Source: Podarcis muralis
Taxonomy: Eukaryota
Reading direction: 5' to 3'
Assembly: GCF_964188315.1 (NCBI RefSeq)
Contig: NC_135662.1
Location: 57,474,001 to 57,538,000 of the forward strand
Length of the DNA: 64,000 nt
Shown here: piece after piece, positions 23,947-35,439 of the stretch
Numbering within the stretch: position 1 is the first letter of the stretch
Layout of the letters: each line of letters opens with the position of its first letter
The notes under the pieces: model-generated
Seen by the model: only the letters and a program-made list of their open reading frames with translations
The model's database searches: none
What the model was told of the DNA's origin: nothing
Made by a program: the position numbers and the translations under genes

Positions 23947-24358
23947 GCCTAGCATATATAAGCTATATATACTTGAGAATATACCTGTAGGTTTTTTGTG
24001 TCAAATGGAGAAAGAAGTTTTTCTACTTACGCATTTTATAACTGAACATAATGCTATCCTACTGAAGCTACTTGGCCAGTCAACTAATGCAGAACATTAT
24101 ATCCCAAACTCATAACTTGGCCCAGCTACCTGCTATTTTACTTCTAAATTCAGAGCTAGGTGATTCAGGATGCAGGCCACTTTCCAAGACGTTCTTCTAG
24201 CTTACATAGATGTTTTTGTACTTTGACTTGTACATGTGTGCATGCATTCTGTGGCTAAAAGTGTATTATCTATGCGAACAAGATGTTCTTCCAATTTTTA
24301 ATTCACATTTTTGTGAGAGTGTTTGAGAAATACTGGTATATGTTCAAACATTCTTGTA

Positions 24359-26244
24359 TTTTTTTTAAATCATATTTATTGAAGTTTCCAAAAAAATCCA
24401 AAATATAAAAAAGAAAAAAAAGACATAAAAAAGAAAAAAAGAACATTTAAAACCTTATTTTCATTAACATCTTTCCAGGACTTCCCCGCCCCTCCCCCTA
24501 TTGTATTCCATTTCCATTAGATTAATTCCACAAGTCCCCCCCCCCAAATTTAAAACTTATTATATTTAACCCAATATTCAATTTAATTCATCTTATATAA
24601 TCTCTTTCCCTTAAAGATACCTTCTTTCAACATTAAATTTTCCTTTTTTTTTCTCCCTAAGGACGGCCCTAATTCCCTTCCACGAATTCCCCTTTTTAAT
24701 ACACACAAAGATTTAAAAAAGTTTAAAAAAGATTCAAAATATAATTTTACGCCGTTTGGATTCCAAATCTCCCTCCCCCCCTTCCCGGTGTCGATCCCCA
24801 ATGTCCATCAGTCTAACTGCTATCAGCCTGGAGGCCTCATGTCTATGTCCAAATCTCTCTCAGCTCCACTTTGCCAATTTTCTTGGTAATCTTTGACTTC
24901 AAACACCCAATCTTAAAAAAGTTCTATTTCAAGAAAGTCCATTTTTCTTCCATCCAGACCTCTATATTTAAGAGTAAAACTCAAATTCTGTTTCTTAATC
25001 CTTTTAAGTCTGAATGTTCCAAATGTTCTAACTTCCAGCTTAGTCCAATTCTTGTTTTCCTTTATGTCCTCCCTAGCAGGCTTTTGGCCTTCCTTGATCT
25101 TTTACAATAATATGGCTCCTCCTTCATTCTCTTCCAAATCGTCGTGGATCCCTTATTCTCTTTCTTCAAATTTCTTTTCCTGTTGCGCTGCAAAAACATA
25201 TTAATTCAAAAACTTCTGGTTCCTCTACAGAGGTGTTATTTGTTCAGGAACAAAAACTTACGTCAAGTCCCTTCCATTCTTCAATAGATAAATCTATTGT
25301 CTCCTTTAGTGTAAAAACCTCTGTAGACAAAATAATGTTTCATTTTTGCAGCTTTCCCAGGAGATAAAATAGTCCAGTCCCATTCCATGAGTATTTTTCC
25401 ACTTACAGCCGTTCTTGTAATGTCCAAAAGCCCCTCTAGGGGGATTATGGTAACTTAGTTTCCTTCCAAATCAAACCCAAAAGTCAAGCTAACTTGTATT
25501 CCTTGTTTTCGACAATTTATATCCAAATTGTAACAAATCTAACCAGCAAAGTCCTCATAACAAAGTTCTCTTTTTATTCTCCAACTTTGACAGCTACTTT
25601 GACAGCTGTCAAAATCTCTATATCTCTTCACCAGACACTCTCACGGATCTCTCCCGGTTCCCGGGGGGGGGGGGGTTGCATTTTAGCTCATCCACTCTTC
25701 TCCTCCAGCACAGTTACTTGTAATTTCCCATCGTGAAATTAATAGCTTTTATCAATAAAAAAGAGCAAGCTCTTCTCTCGACCTTAGTTGTCAATTCCTT
25801 GCTTTAAATTGTCTACAATAGGGGGGAGACTGACTTCCTTTTTGCGCCTCCCCCGCTCGTGCCGAATTAAAAAAAAAAAACATTTTCCCTTTTAAGTCCG
25901 ATTTCCAGATTACTCACGGGTTGTTATTTTAAGTCCAAATTTCCAAAAGAAGAAGTCAGCGCTCTCCGTCGAATGGCATGCGGCTTCGCTCGGCAGGGGA
26001 AGCGGAAGACTCATAGCACCACGCCACCCCCCATCCCCCGCTCCGGAGCCTTTAAAAAGGCTCCTTCGCGGGTCGGGGGGGCGCAAACGGTGCCCGCCGA
26101 GTCACCAAGTCCATGGGCATCCGCGCCCATGGTTTCTGAGGGTCCCCGCGTCGCCGGCGCGGCGGGACCCAACCCCTGCCGAGCAGGCTCCCTCCGGAGC
26201 TCGGAGGGAGTCCGCCATTCGGCGCTGGCGCCAACCCGGAAGTC
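24359..26244 (-). mobile_element. 1.9 kb non-autonomous L1/Tx1-like retroposon with both termini
   Basis: CpG-rich 5' end starting GACTTCCGG, AATAAA plus A-tail at the 3' end, TSD (TC)AAACATTCTTGTA at 24344-24358 and 26243-26257, no long ORF. Confidence 0.75.
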
Positions 26245-28368
26245 AAACATTCTTGTAAGATAGATATGTGAGAACTAAATGTTCTCTCTCCCAGAATTAT
26301 TTAAATATATGGACCACCTTTTCCCACTGGTAACATCTTTCTTTCCAATATATATTCTGTTGCCTTCAAAACCCTCTCCCCATATCCATCAGCTAAGCTT
26401 GTTTCAAAGAGAGGCCTTATATGGTCAAAACCAAAAGGGATCTTAGCACATGCACATTGTATATACAGGGAGCAAAGCAAGTGTTTGTGCAGTTGGCCAT
26501 GTGTCATTTAGACACCATTTTCTCCCTGGAAGCATGCAATAGAACTTCCCTGCCCCCTGAGAATTGCATAAATCAGCTCTGGAGGAATCCTTAGAACAGA
26601 TTTTAAGGTCACACAGAGAGGTGACAAGCCACATTAAGTTCCACTGCACAGCTTAAACTCCTTGCATTAGCAAAGGAGGAACTTTTGGCCCTTCAGATGT
26701 TGCCGAACTACAACTCCCATCAACCCCAGCAAGCATAGCTATTGACCATGATGGCGACTGCAGTTCAACAACATCTGGAGGGTCAAAGGATCCCTGTACC
26801 CACACTAGCAGAACTGTTTCTAGGTGGTCCAACTTTCTATACCAAGTCGGCCACAAGAATACTTCAACATGGAACTCACAGGCCACACACTGCCTTGCTG
26901 TGTGTGGGGCATTCAAAATTTGATACACCCCAGTCTTTGTGCTGCCTTTCCAAAGCTGCGTTAAGTGAGGTGCTGGTTTTGGGAAGAAGGAGTGAGGGCT
27001 CTGAGAGGGTCCCAAAGCTCTCCCATCTCCTCCCCAAAGCTGGGAAAGCACTAACTAGGCTTGGGAAGGAGGTGGGAGGACACTAGGACCCTGTCAGACC
27101 CCTGATAGCTCCTTCTCAAAGCCCAGTGTCTCCCTTACCCAGCTTTAGGAAGGTGATGTGAGCTAGGGTGGTGGTGTGTCATATGGGGCCACATGTTGGA
27201 CCAACCAGTTTTAGTTGGATACAGCCCAATCTGTCAGGGATCATATAGTTGGTATACCAGCCACAGCCAAAAACAAACAAGACCACCTCTTCTCTTTCTG
27301 CTAAATGCTTCCCCCAATTGCCCCTCTTCTTGACACAGATATGAAATTCACCAGGGCCAAACTTTGCCCAACTGTGCTTCACACAGATGAGGCTGTTTGC
27401 ATTTAATAAAAAGAGGAAATACAGAGTTAGGATGTTTCAGAAGTTAAGAGAAGATGGGAAGCCAAAGGAGCAGCGACAGTGGCTACATTTTACATATTGG
27501 TTAAAGTCAGGCAGCCATTTTATATCCTTGAAGTTCCTTAAAGGAGTGACATACATTTTGTGAGGAACCATGGAAAAATGCCTTTTTTCATCCACAGACA
27601 AATGAACATTATTTCTGGCACTAATCGGTTCTATTCTACTTCTTAGCAGGTGTCTTCCACTCTAAAATTCCTTAAAAACTGAAATGTGTTTCTTCCGTCT
27701 CCATTTGCATTCATGGGGCAGATCTATAAAGGCTGGAGGGCAAATCCACAGCACACTCTTAGAACCACTTTCTTCTGTGTTCCCATCACTGCTGACTGGA
27801 ACTTGATTTCCAGGCCTGGCGTAGAGGATGCTACTAGTTAATCATTCCCTGTTGGAAGCATTCTAGGTTAGCTTCCCCACAGTGTAGGGAATGAAAATGA
27901 AGCAAACTGCTAAGCAACTGACACCAGCTACATGTAAGACAGACCAGAATTCTGCCCTACAGAGGGAGTCAAGGAATATAGCAAAGTAGGTCAGCTTTCA
28001 CAAACATAAGTAACATGTCTCTACCCTGTAAAAATTGGACAGGATATGAATAATATAACTGCACTTTTTAAAAAAATCAAGATTTCAAAAGGGGGTTGTG
28101 GCAAGGAGGCCAGATGCAAAAGAGGGCAGTTGTGCAGAGGGAATTTGAGCAGGTGTAGTTTGCAAGGTGTGAATAGGGGGGAAATGGAAACTAATTTCCA
28201 TGGTATTGTGCAGATAAGGCTCAGTCTGCATGGCTGCAATCACTCTAACAATCAAGTACATTCACAAAAACGATATTACCTCTAATCATTCATTTGTACT
28301 AACTGATCGGCACCAGCAAGCTTGTGGACACTAGTTAATGAAGTAGCATTTTACTAATAGAAACGCAC

Positions 28369-28441
28369 CTGTAGCACCTCCATCCAGCCGTTCTGAATTC
28401 ACCGAGAGATCTGTTGAGTCTCTTGAATCATTCCCTAGTTT
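28369..28441 (-). CDS. CARMIL1: CARMIL1 exon KLGNDSRDSTDLSVNSERLDGGAT
   Basis: ctgttttaaag acceptor, g|gtgcgt donor, 73 nt, phase 0-1. Confidence 0.92.
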
Positions 28442-30228
28442 CTTTAAAACAGAAAGAAAGAAAAGTATGATAAGGAATCCTTGAAAATTAACAGGATTCT
28501 CTGAACTTGGTTTATAGATCACCATTTCCCAAGGCTCCATCATCAACATCCCCGTCATTATTAATTCAATCATTATTCATATTCATATTCTTATTTCAAT
28601 TTATATCCCGTTCTTTTTTGCAAAGGACTCCAGGGTAACAAACATGTAATTAGAACATCTCTCTGTCCATTTTATATTGGGCAGCCTTTGAAGAATGTTT
28701 GAAAAATCTAATTGGTACAAAACAGGACAACCAAATTGCTAAAAAGGACTGGCCAAAGAGAATATATTTTGGTGGTATAAAAATACCTATACCGGCTGCC
28801 AGTATGTTTCTGGGCTAAAAGTGGTGAGATAGGTGTCTTAGCCTTTGAAACCATGAATGGCTTGGGGCCCAGGAATCTTAAGGACCACTGGGGAAAAAAT
28901 TATTTGAATGGTGGAGCTCCCTTCCTAGACATGTGGACCTGGTGCCTACTCAACAATCGTTTTTGGTCCCTAGTGAACTCCAGCCTGTTCACCTCTGCCT
29001 TTAGAGGCATTTATTAAGACCAGAGATCCTTGTAGCTGGCCTATCAGCTGTGCTTCTTTCTCCTTTTTTATATCTAGCTTTATTATTTTCACTGCAGGTT
29101 CACATTTTTATTTTTAACTATATTCATAAAGGTGTTAGGAATTAATTCAACAAGGCTGGATAAATATTTATTCCAATCTCGTTGCATACCTGCATTTCTC
29201 TTGCGCTTTCTTCACCCTGCAAGGGGGTGGGGGTGGGAATTCTGAACAGCCTTCCTTTTGGCCTCCATATACTTACGGTTTCATTTAAAAAAAATGAATC
29301 TATTAACAGAACATCATTTCCCCATGATGATATCAAAGTAGCATTGTGCGCAAACTTAATTGTAATCCCATTCAAGCAGTTTAAATCCCATTTAGGAACA
29401 TAAGAAGCTGCCTTATACAGAATCAGGCTGTTATGTAGCACATGGAGGGTAAGGCTCCACCACAAAAGCTTTTTGGTTGGAGTTTCTTCACTCTTTCTAG
29501 CCAACACCAGATTTTGTAATTTGTTGGATTAGGCCAATAATATCTATTCCAATTTCTCATATACCTGGGAACGTAAGTGGGAAGTCGCCTGTATTTTATT
29601 TGATATCTAACTGCACTTCATAGCAACTGCAAACAATACCATCTCCCAAATCTCATTAGTCTTACCGTTGCTTGCTGGAGAGTTCTGTTTTAAACCATCT
29701 CAAGTGCTAACTAAGCCATGCTACTTGGTCTTATTTGCACTGCATTTGTTCCTAGAGCTAATATTAAAATCTCTTCAAACACTAGGTGGAGCAAGACCAC
29801 TGCCGAACATTTGCTTGGAGAGAAGACTAATCCCCTATTCACTGATCTTTCACTGTTCCCGCGAATTCACACAAAAAACACCCCCACCCCACCCAACATT
29901 TGCCATCTTTTCATCTAGCACACATCTGCTCCTCACCAACAATTGTAGTAGAATTGTACTAGGTCGCACATCAAGTAGTAAATTCCTTATAGTTTTTGTT
30001 CCTACCTCAGGTACGTTTAAGCAGCCAGCTGTCACCTCAACACATACAAACATGCTAATTTTTTAACAACAAATACAAAAATATAGAATCAGTAAGTCCT
30101 AAAGCCAATTGAGTATATATCTTGGTCAGAATCAAATGCCTCAAGCTGGCTGCCAACATTTAGCTACGTTGCTCCATGTAAGCCCTCAAATGAACTGCTC
30201 CGACCATTAAAATGAAAATATCACTCAC

Positions 30229-30658
30229 CTTTTGTGCAGATGCCGCTCTGCGCTCCTGCTTGGCTTTCATTTCTGCTAAAAGTCCACTGCCCATCACTTG
30301 CACCCCATACCGACGTCCTCCTTGAGGACTGCCTTTGCTATCACTCTTCTCAAGCTTTGAGGCATCCTCTGAGGACCCCTCCTCTACTGAGTCTGGCGTT
30401 TTCAGTTCCTCGTTTTTTTCAGTGTTGCCATTCTGTTCAATCGATTTAACCTCCTTCTTTGCAGTGTCTGCTGTGGGGCCTTTGGCAGCACCTTTGGGTG
30501 CTGAGGGGTCCTCTGACACCAGAACAGTTGGAGGACGTTCAGATTTTGATCTAGATTTGATTAAATTGAGAAAGCCGCTTTTCCGAGAATCTCTTTTCTT
30601 CTTTTCATCAGTGGCTTCTCCGGAATCATTCGTGTCCGCGCCTTTTGTTGAGGATCTC
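30229..30658 (-). CDS. CARMIL1: CARMIL1 large exon RSSTKG...KKKRDSRKSGFLNLIKSRSKSER...GLLAEMKAKQERRAASAQK, including the basic-hydrophobic segment
   Basis: 430 nt, tcatctattag acceptor, aag|gtgagt donor, phase 2-0. Confidence 0.97.
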
Positions 30659-30825
30659 CTAATAGATGAAAAAGACACATAAGCTATAATGGCCTCATTT
30701 GGACATAATGCTGAACTACGGTTTAGTGTTACATAGACTCTTGTGCTTCCGCTCTCCGTATCTGGTGAGATCACAAGGAGATTGGAAGCTTTCAGTTGTA
30801 TTTTGACTAACCACAGTTTTGAGCC

Positions 30826-30985
30826 ATCATAGAACTGTAGAGTTGGAAGGGTCTTCAAGGGTCTACTAGTCCAACACCCCCTGCAATGCAGGGATCTCAG
30901 ATAAAGCATTCATGATAGATGGGTACCCAACCTCTGCTTAAAGCCCTCCAAGGAAGGAGAGTCCACAATCTCCCAAGGGAGTCTG
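30826..30985 (-). mobile_element. CR1 3'-end fragment
   Basis: atcatagaactgtagagttggaaggg...ctagtccaac...ctgcaatgcagg is the reverse complement of a CR1-type tail. Confidence 0.7.
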
Positions 30986-31139
30986 GTGCAGTACTGTATT
31001 AAATTCTCCTTGTTTAAATTCCATAGTCATGCTGGTTCTAAATAAAGAATGCATTTTATATTACCAGAGAAGTCAATCTTCTCTGGTAGATTACCAGAGA
31101 CACAGTTATGTGGAGTTATCATACCTCTCTCTGGGGAAG

Positions 31140-31420
31140 TTCACCTGGTGCCTTCATTATATACTTTTAGGCAAAAACATTCCTCTTCAACCAGGCCTTT
31201 GGCTGGTTAATATTCTACAGCCTTTTAAATGTGTCTGTGGGAAGGGGGTGGTTTGTTGTTTTGCTTTAATATTCTACAGCCTTTTAAATGTGTCTGTGGG
31301 AAGGGGGTGGTTTGTTGTTTTGCTTTAATACTTGTGTTTTTATCTTGTATTTTTATTCTGTGAACCACCCTGAGATCTTATGACGAAGGGCGTTATGAAA
31401 ATTTAACGAATAAATAAAAA
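31140..31420 (+). repeat. L2-like 3' fragment containing a perfect 59-bp tandem duplication (31207-31324)
   Basis: ttaatattctacagcc...gttttgct occurs twice head-to-tail; ends tgtgaaccaccctgag...aataaataaa. Confidence 0.7.
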
Positions 31421-31521
31421 GAAAATGAATAAAATAGCATAATCAAGTTAGAACACATTCTGTTTAGTCAAGGAAACGAGGGTTTTGTGTGGTACCGAAT
31501 TTTGATACCAACCTCAAAATA

Positions 31522-31747
31522 CAGTGGTACCTCAGGTTAAGTACTTAATTCATTCCGGAGGTCCGTACTTAACCTGAAACTGTTCTTAACCTGAAGCACC
31601 ACTTTAGCTAATGGGGCCTCCTGCTGCTGCCGCGCCGCCGGAGCACAATTTCTGTTCTCATCCTGAAGCAAAGTTCTTAACCTGAAGCACTATTTCTGGG
31701 TTGGCGGAGTCTGTAACCTGAAGTGTATGTAACCTGAGGTACCACTG
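31522..31747. mobile_element. Tc1/mariner MITE, 226 bp (copy 2)
   Basis: Same TIRs, TA TSD, length and orientation as 5635-5860. Confidence 0.92.
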
Positions 31748-31964
31748 TACCTGCAATTGCTTCAGGTGAACAAAATCACCCCTCCTGCCCTAAACCACTT
31801 TGAAGAGGAAATGCAGCATTTAAGTACTGCTTGGCACACTTGTTTCACTGTCTGCTTTTCCTCACCACTGCCTTCCTCCTCGGCCTCCCTTGCTTATGCC
31901 ACTCTTTAATCCTACACAATGCCCTGCAGTGCTGTGCCATGGCATGTAGCACTGGAACATCACC

Positions 31965-32130
31965 AAGATATGGTGAAGCATAGGTTTCGCATGCAGAAGT
32001 TCCCAGGTTCAATCCCTGGTGTCTCCAGATGCGGCTTAGAATAGACTCCTTGCCTCAAACTCTGGAGAGCCATTGCCAGTAAATATGGAAGATGCTGAGC
32101 ATCAATGGTCTCAGTATAAGGCAGCTTCCT
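31965..32130 (+). mobile_element. Old tRNA-derived SINE
   Basis: B box caggttcaatccctgg followed by ctggagagcc..tgccagt...tcagtataaggcagcttcct. Confidence 0.55.
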
Positions 32131-32391
32131 AAAAGAATGGCTCTTCTGCATAAATTGCAATCATAAAGAATTCTAATGAACTTAAGTGGTGCTATGGTGA
32201 CATAAACCCAAATATATGTATATAGACGTATTTAGCATATATAAGTCACTTTAACTTACTATTGGCATAATTACGTCTATTACATTAGTGCAGTGTAATG
32301 TACTTGCTATTTTGAATTTTTAAAGACAGAAAACACCCCCAAATATCTACAGCAGCTTCAGCTACTGCACCTTGCTGAAGAATAGGACTTA

Positions 32392-32706
<315 letters not shown>

Positions 32707-32724
32707 TTATTTAAATAATAGAAT

Positions 32725-32870
32725 AATAAGAATCCTAGAATTGTAGAGCTGGATGGGACTATGAGGGTCATCTAGTCCAACCCCCTGCCATGCAGGACTC
32801 TTTTGCCCAATGTGGGGCTTGAACCCACAAACCTGAGATTAAGAGTCTCTTGCTCTACTGACTCAGCTAT
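32725..32870 (-). mobile_element. tRNA-derived SINE with CR1-like tail (related to 8451-8595)
   Basis: Minus strand reads gatagctgagtcagtagagcaagagactcttaatctcaggtttgtgggttcaagccccac...ggttggactagatgacc. Confidence 0.75.
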
Positions 32871-32913
32871 CTCTCCTATGAAGGAAAATATCACAACCAA
32901 GATTTTCACTCAC

Positions 32914-33110
32914 AGCAGCTTGCGTGGGCTGTTGTTTTTTATTCCTCTTGGGCCTTAGTTTTGTAAAGTGCTCCAGTTTTTTCCCTTCCTCGGAAGGCAG
33001 CTCTGACATAAGCCCAGAAGTCCGTTTGTCCACTCTTCCGGAAAGGAATGGGGGGTCTTCTATGTGGATGGGAACTTCTTCCAATGCTTTGTCCAAGTCA
33101 AACTCCATCT
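32914..33110 (-). CDS. CARMIL1: CARMIL1 exon carrying the CPI motif: (E)[18 protein letters not shown]...[21 protein letters not shown]
   Basis: LxHxTxxRPK(x6)P capping-protein-interaction consensus; tttctcttag acceptor, gct|gtgagt donor, 197 nt, phase 1-0. Confidence 0.97.
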
Positions 33111-33827
33111 CTAAGAGAAATATTCGAAGTTTATTATATTTCAACCTCTCCTTCTCTGGTCAGGTTTGTTAACATTAGGCATAACCCTGTCAATAAGTCC
33201 CCTCAGTGGGAAATGGCATTTGTAAGCAGACACGTCTGAAATAGTTTGGAATAATGACAAATCGTGCTTTGATGATTGGATTACTTTTTCACCCCACCCT
33301 TTCTGCACTCCCCCTTTTGTGGCAATCCAGAACTGGAAATTATGGTTTGCACATAATTTCCAATTCTGGTTTGGATATAATGGTGAACTATAGGATGTCT
33401 TAAACCAGAAAGGGTATGAGGGGATCAGAGTCCATAAGGGAAGGAAGAAGGGAGGGAGAAGCCTTGTGAGGGCCTGAAGCTTGACAATGACCAGGCTACA
33501 GCATCTAAACTATCTTCACTCATAATGTCTTTAAATATAGAACTGTAGTTATCAAAGTATTTCATCTTTTTTTGTAGACACAGGTTCCTGCACAACTAAC
33601 ACCCCTAAAGAAGCTTGAGCATCAGTATCTATTTTGAATTGTTAATTTGTATAAGGCTAGATGAGAGCATCAGACCAAATAATGTTTATATTCTAGAACA
33701 GGGATGGGTCCTTCATTGTAGTCCATCATCATGTGGAGAGTCACAGATTCCCCAACCCTGGTCTATTTCGGTAAATCTTATAAAGGTCAATTTAGGTAAA
33801 TCTTATAAATCTTAAGGAAGTAGCTTA

Positions 33828-34031
<204 letters not shown>

Positions 34032-34407
34032 TTATGAAGTCAACACAGCTGTGAAAGATGGAGCAAAAGCAAAGCTCGTTTAATTCTGGATAAGAAATCA
34101 AGTGATCTGTTAATCACGTAACGGTTAATTAAGCTTTCTGTCTTCAGAATCATTCATAATGATCATTTATTGTGCTGGAAAGCATTCAAACCTGGTGTTC
34201 AGACTTTATAATGAGTGCAAATTCATCACATTTGATGAAATGTGGTTGAAAAAGGAGCAATGTCACATAGTGCCATCTGATTTTTAAAAAGTTACTGAGA
34301 TTTCACAAAAAAGTATTATTATTGAACAATGGAAGCATTATCCTAAGCGTTATTTTTAGTCAAGCTACCTTTGAATGGTATTTTCTATTTTTAGGCATTA
34401 TACCGAC

Positions 34408-34408
34408 A

Positions 34409-34443
<35 letters not shown>

Positions 34444-34446
34444 GAG

Positions 34447-34482
<36 letters not shown>
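34408..34482. repeat. Compound microsatellite (AAAG)n-(CA)n-(GA)n
   Basis: Read directly from the sequence. Confidence 0.9.
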
Positions 34483-35160
34483 CAGATAAATTCCTTACTA
34501 TAAATTGTGCATAGTGTCGTTTTTGTGAATTTATCAAATTTTGGTGATATCCTTATACAACGCTTTGGGGGTTGACTTATTGTAGTTTTAAAATGCTACA
34601 ATAAAATAAACCTAATGTTTTCTACTCAAAGCTGACCTTTGCCACAATATTCACAACTTTCCTTTCTATCTTTTATGAGTTATAACAATATATGAAATAC
34701 TTATTGTATTAGGCAGCCTCAGCATAAAGGGTTTCAACTGTAACTGGTTAGTAGTTCACTGTGTACACTTTTGCTTAAAACCTGTGCTTTTGGAATCACT
34801 GTACTTGAATACATTATTTACTTTAAAAATAAGAGTAGAGTTCACAGTGATAAATCAAAGCCTGAATGTAAAGACCAAGAAGAAATTAATGAAACGATGG
34901 ACCTACAAATATACTTGTTACTCATTCTAGAACCCAATGAACTCTGAATGGGAGTTTCCTCTTTGATATGACAATCTAGCCTCCAGTTTGGTTGATCTAC
35001 CTGTTCACACCAGCTGAAAAGAGAAATGAAGCCCTAGGGGATTATCTTGCTCAAGTTTTTCTTGCAGGATCAGACGGGTGAATCTCAAGTCTAGCCAGAG
35101 CCTTTTCAGCTGTCAGTGCCATTAGAAGGGATAATGAACGGAAATTCCAAATGGCTAAAT

Positions 35161-35439
35161 CAGGGGTCTGCAACCTTTAAGACAAAAAGAGCCACTTGGA
35201 CCCATTTCCGAAGGGGAAAAAACTGGGAGCCGCAAAACCGGGATGGTGACGTCCGGACGGTGCGTGACTAACACACGCACCGCCCCCATGCAACGTCACA
35301 GCCAGTACAGTGCCCGCCACAGTGGGGAGTGTTGGGGCGCACAATGTGCCTCCTCCCCTCACTAGTATCCGCCCCGGAGCCGCGGCAAAGGTGTAAAAGA
35401 GCCACATGCGGCTCCGGAACCGTGGGTTGCAGACCCCTG
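35161..35439. mobile_element. hAT MITE, 279 bp, same family and orientation as 23616-23946
   Basis: TIR caggggtctgcaacc; 8-bp TSD GGCTAAAT. Confidence 0.92.

Noticed and set aside
30335-30682. 115-aa plus-strand Ser/Phe-rich ORF
   Set aside because: Antisense shadow of the large purine-rich CARMIL1 exon
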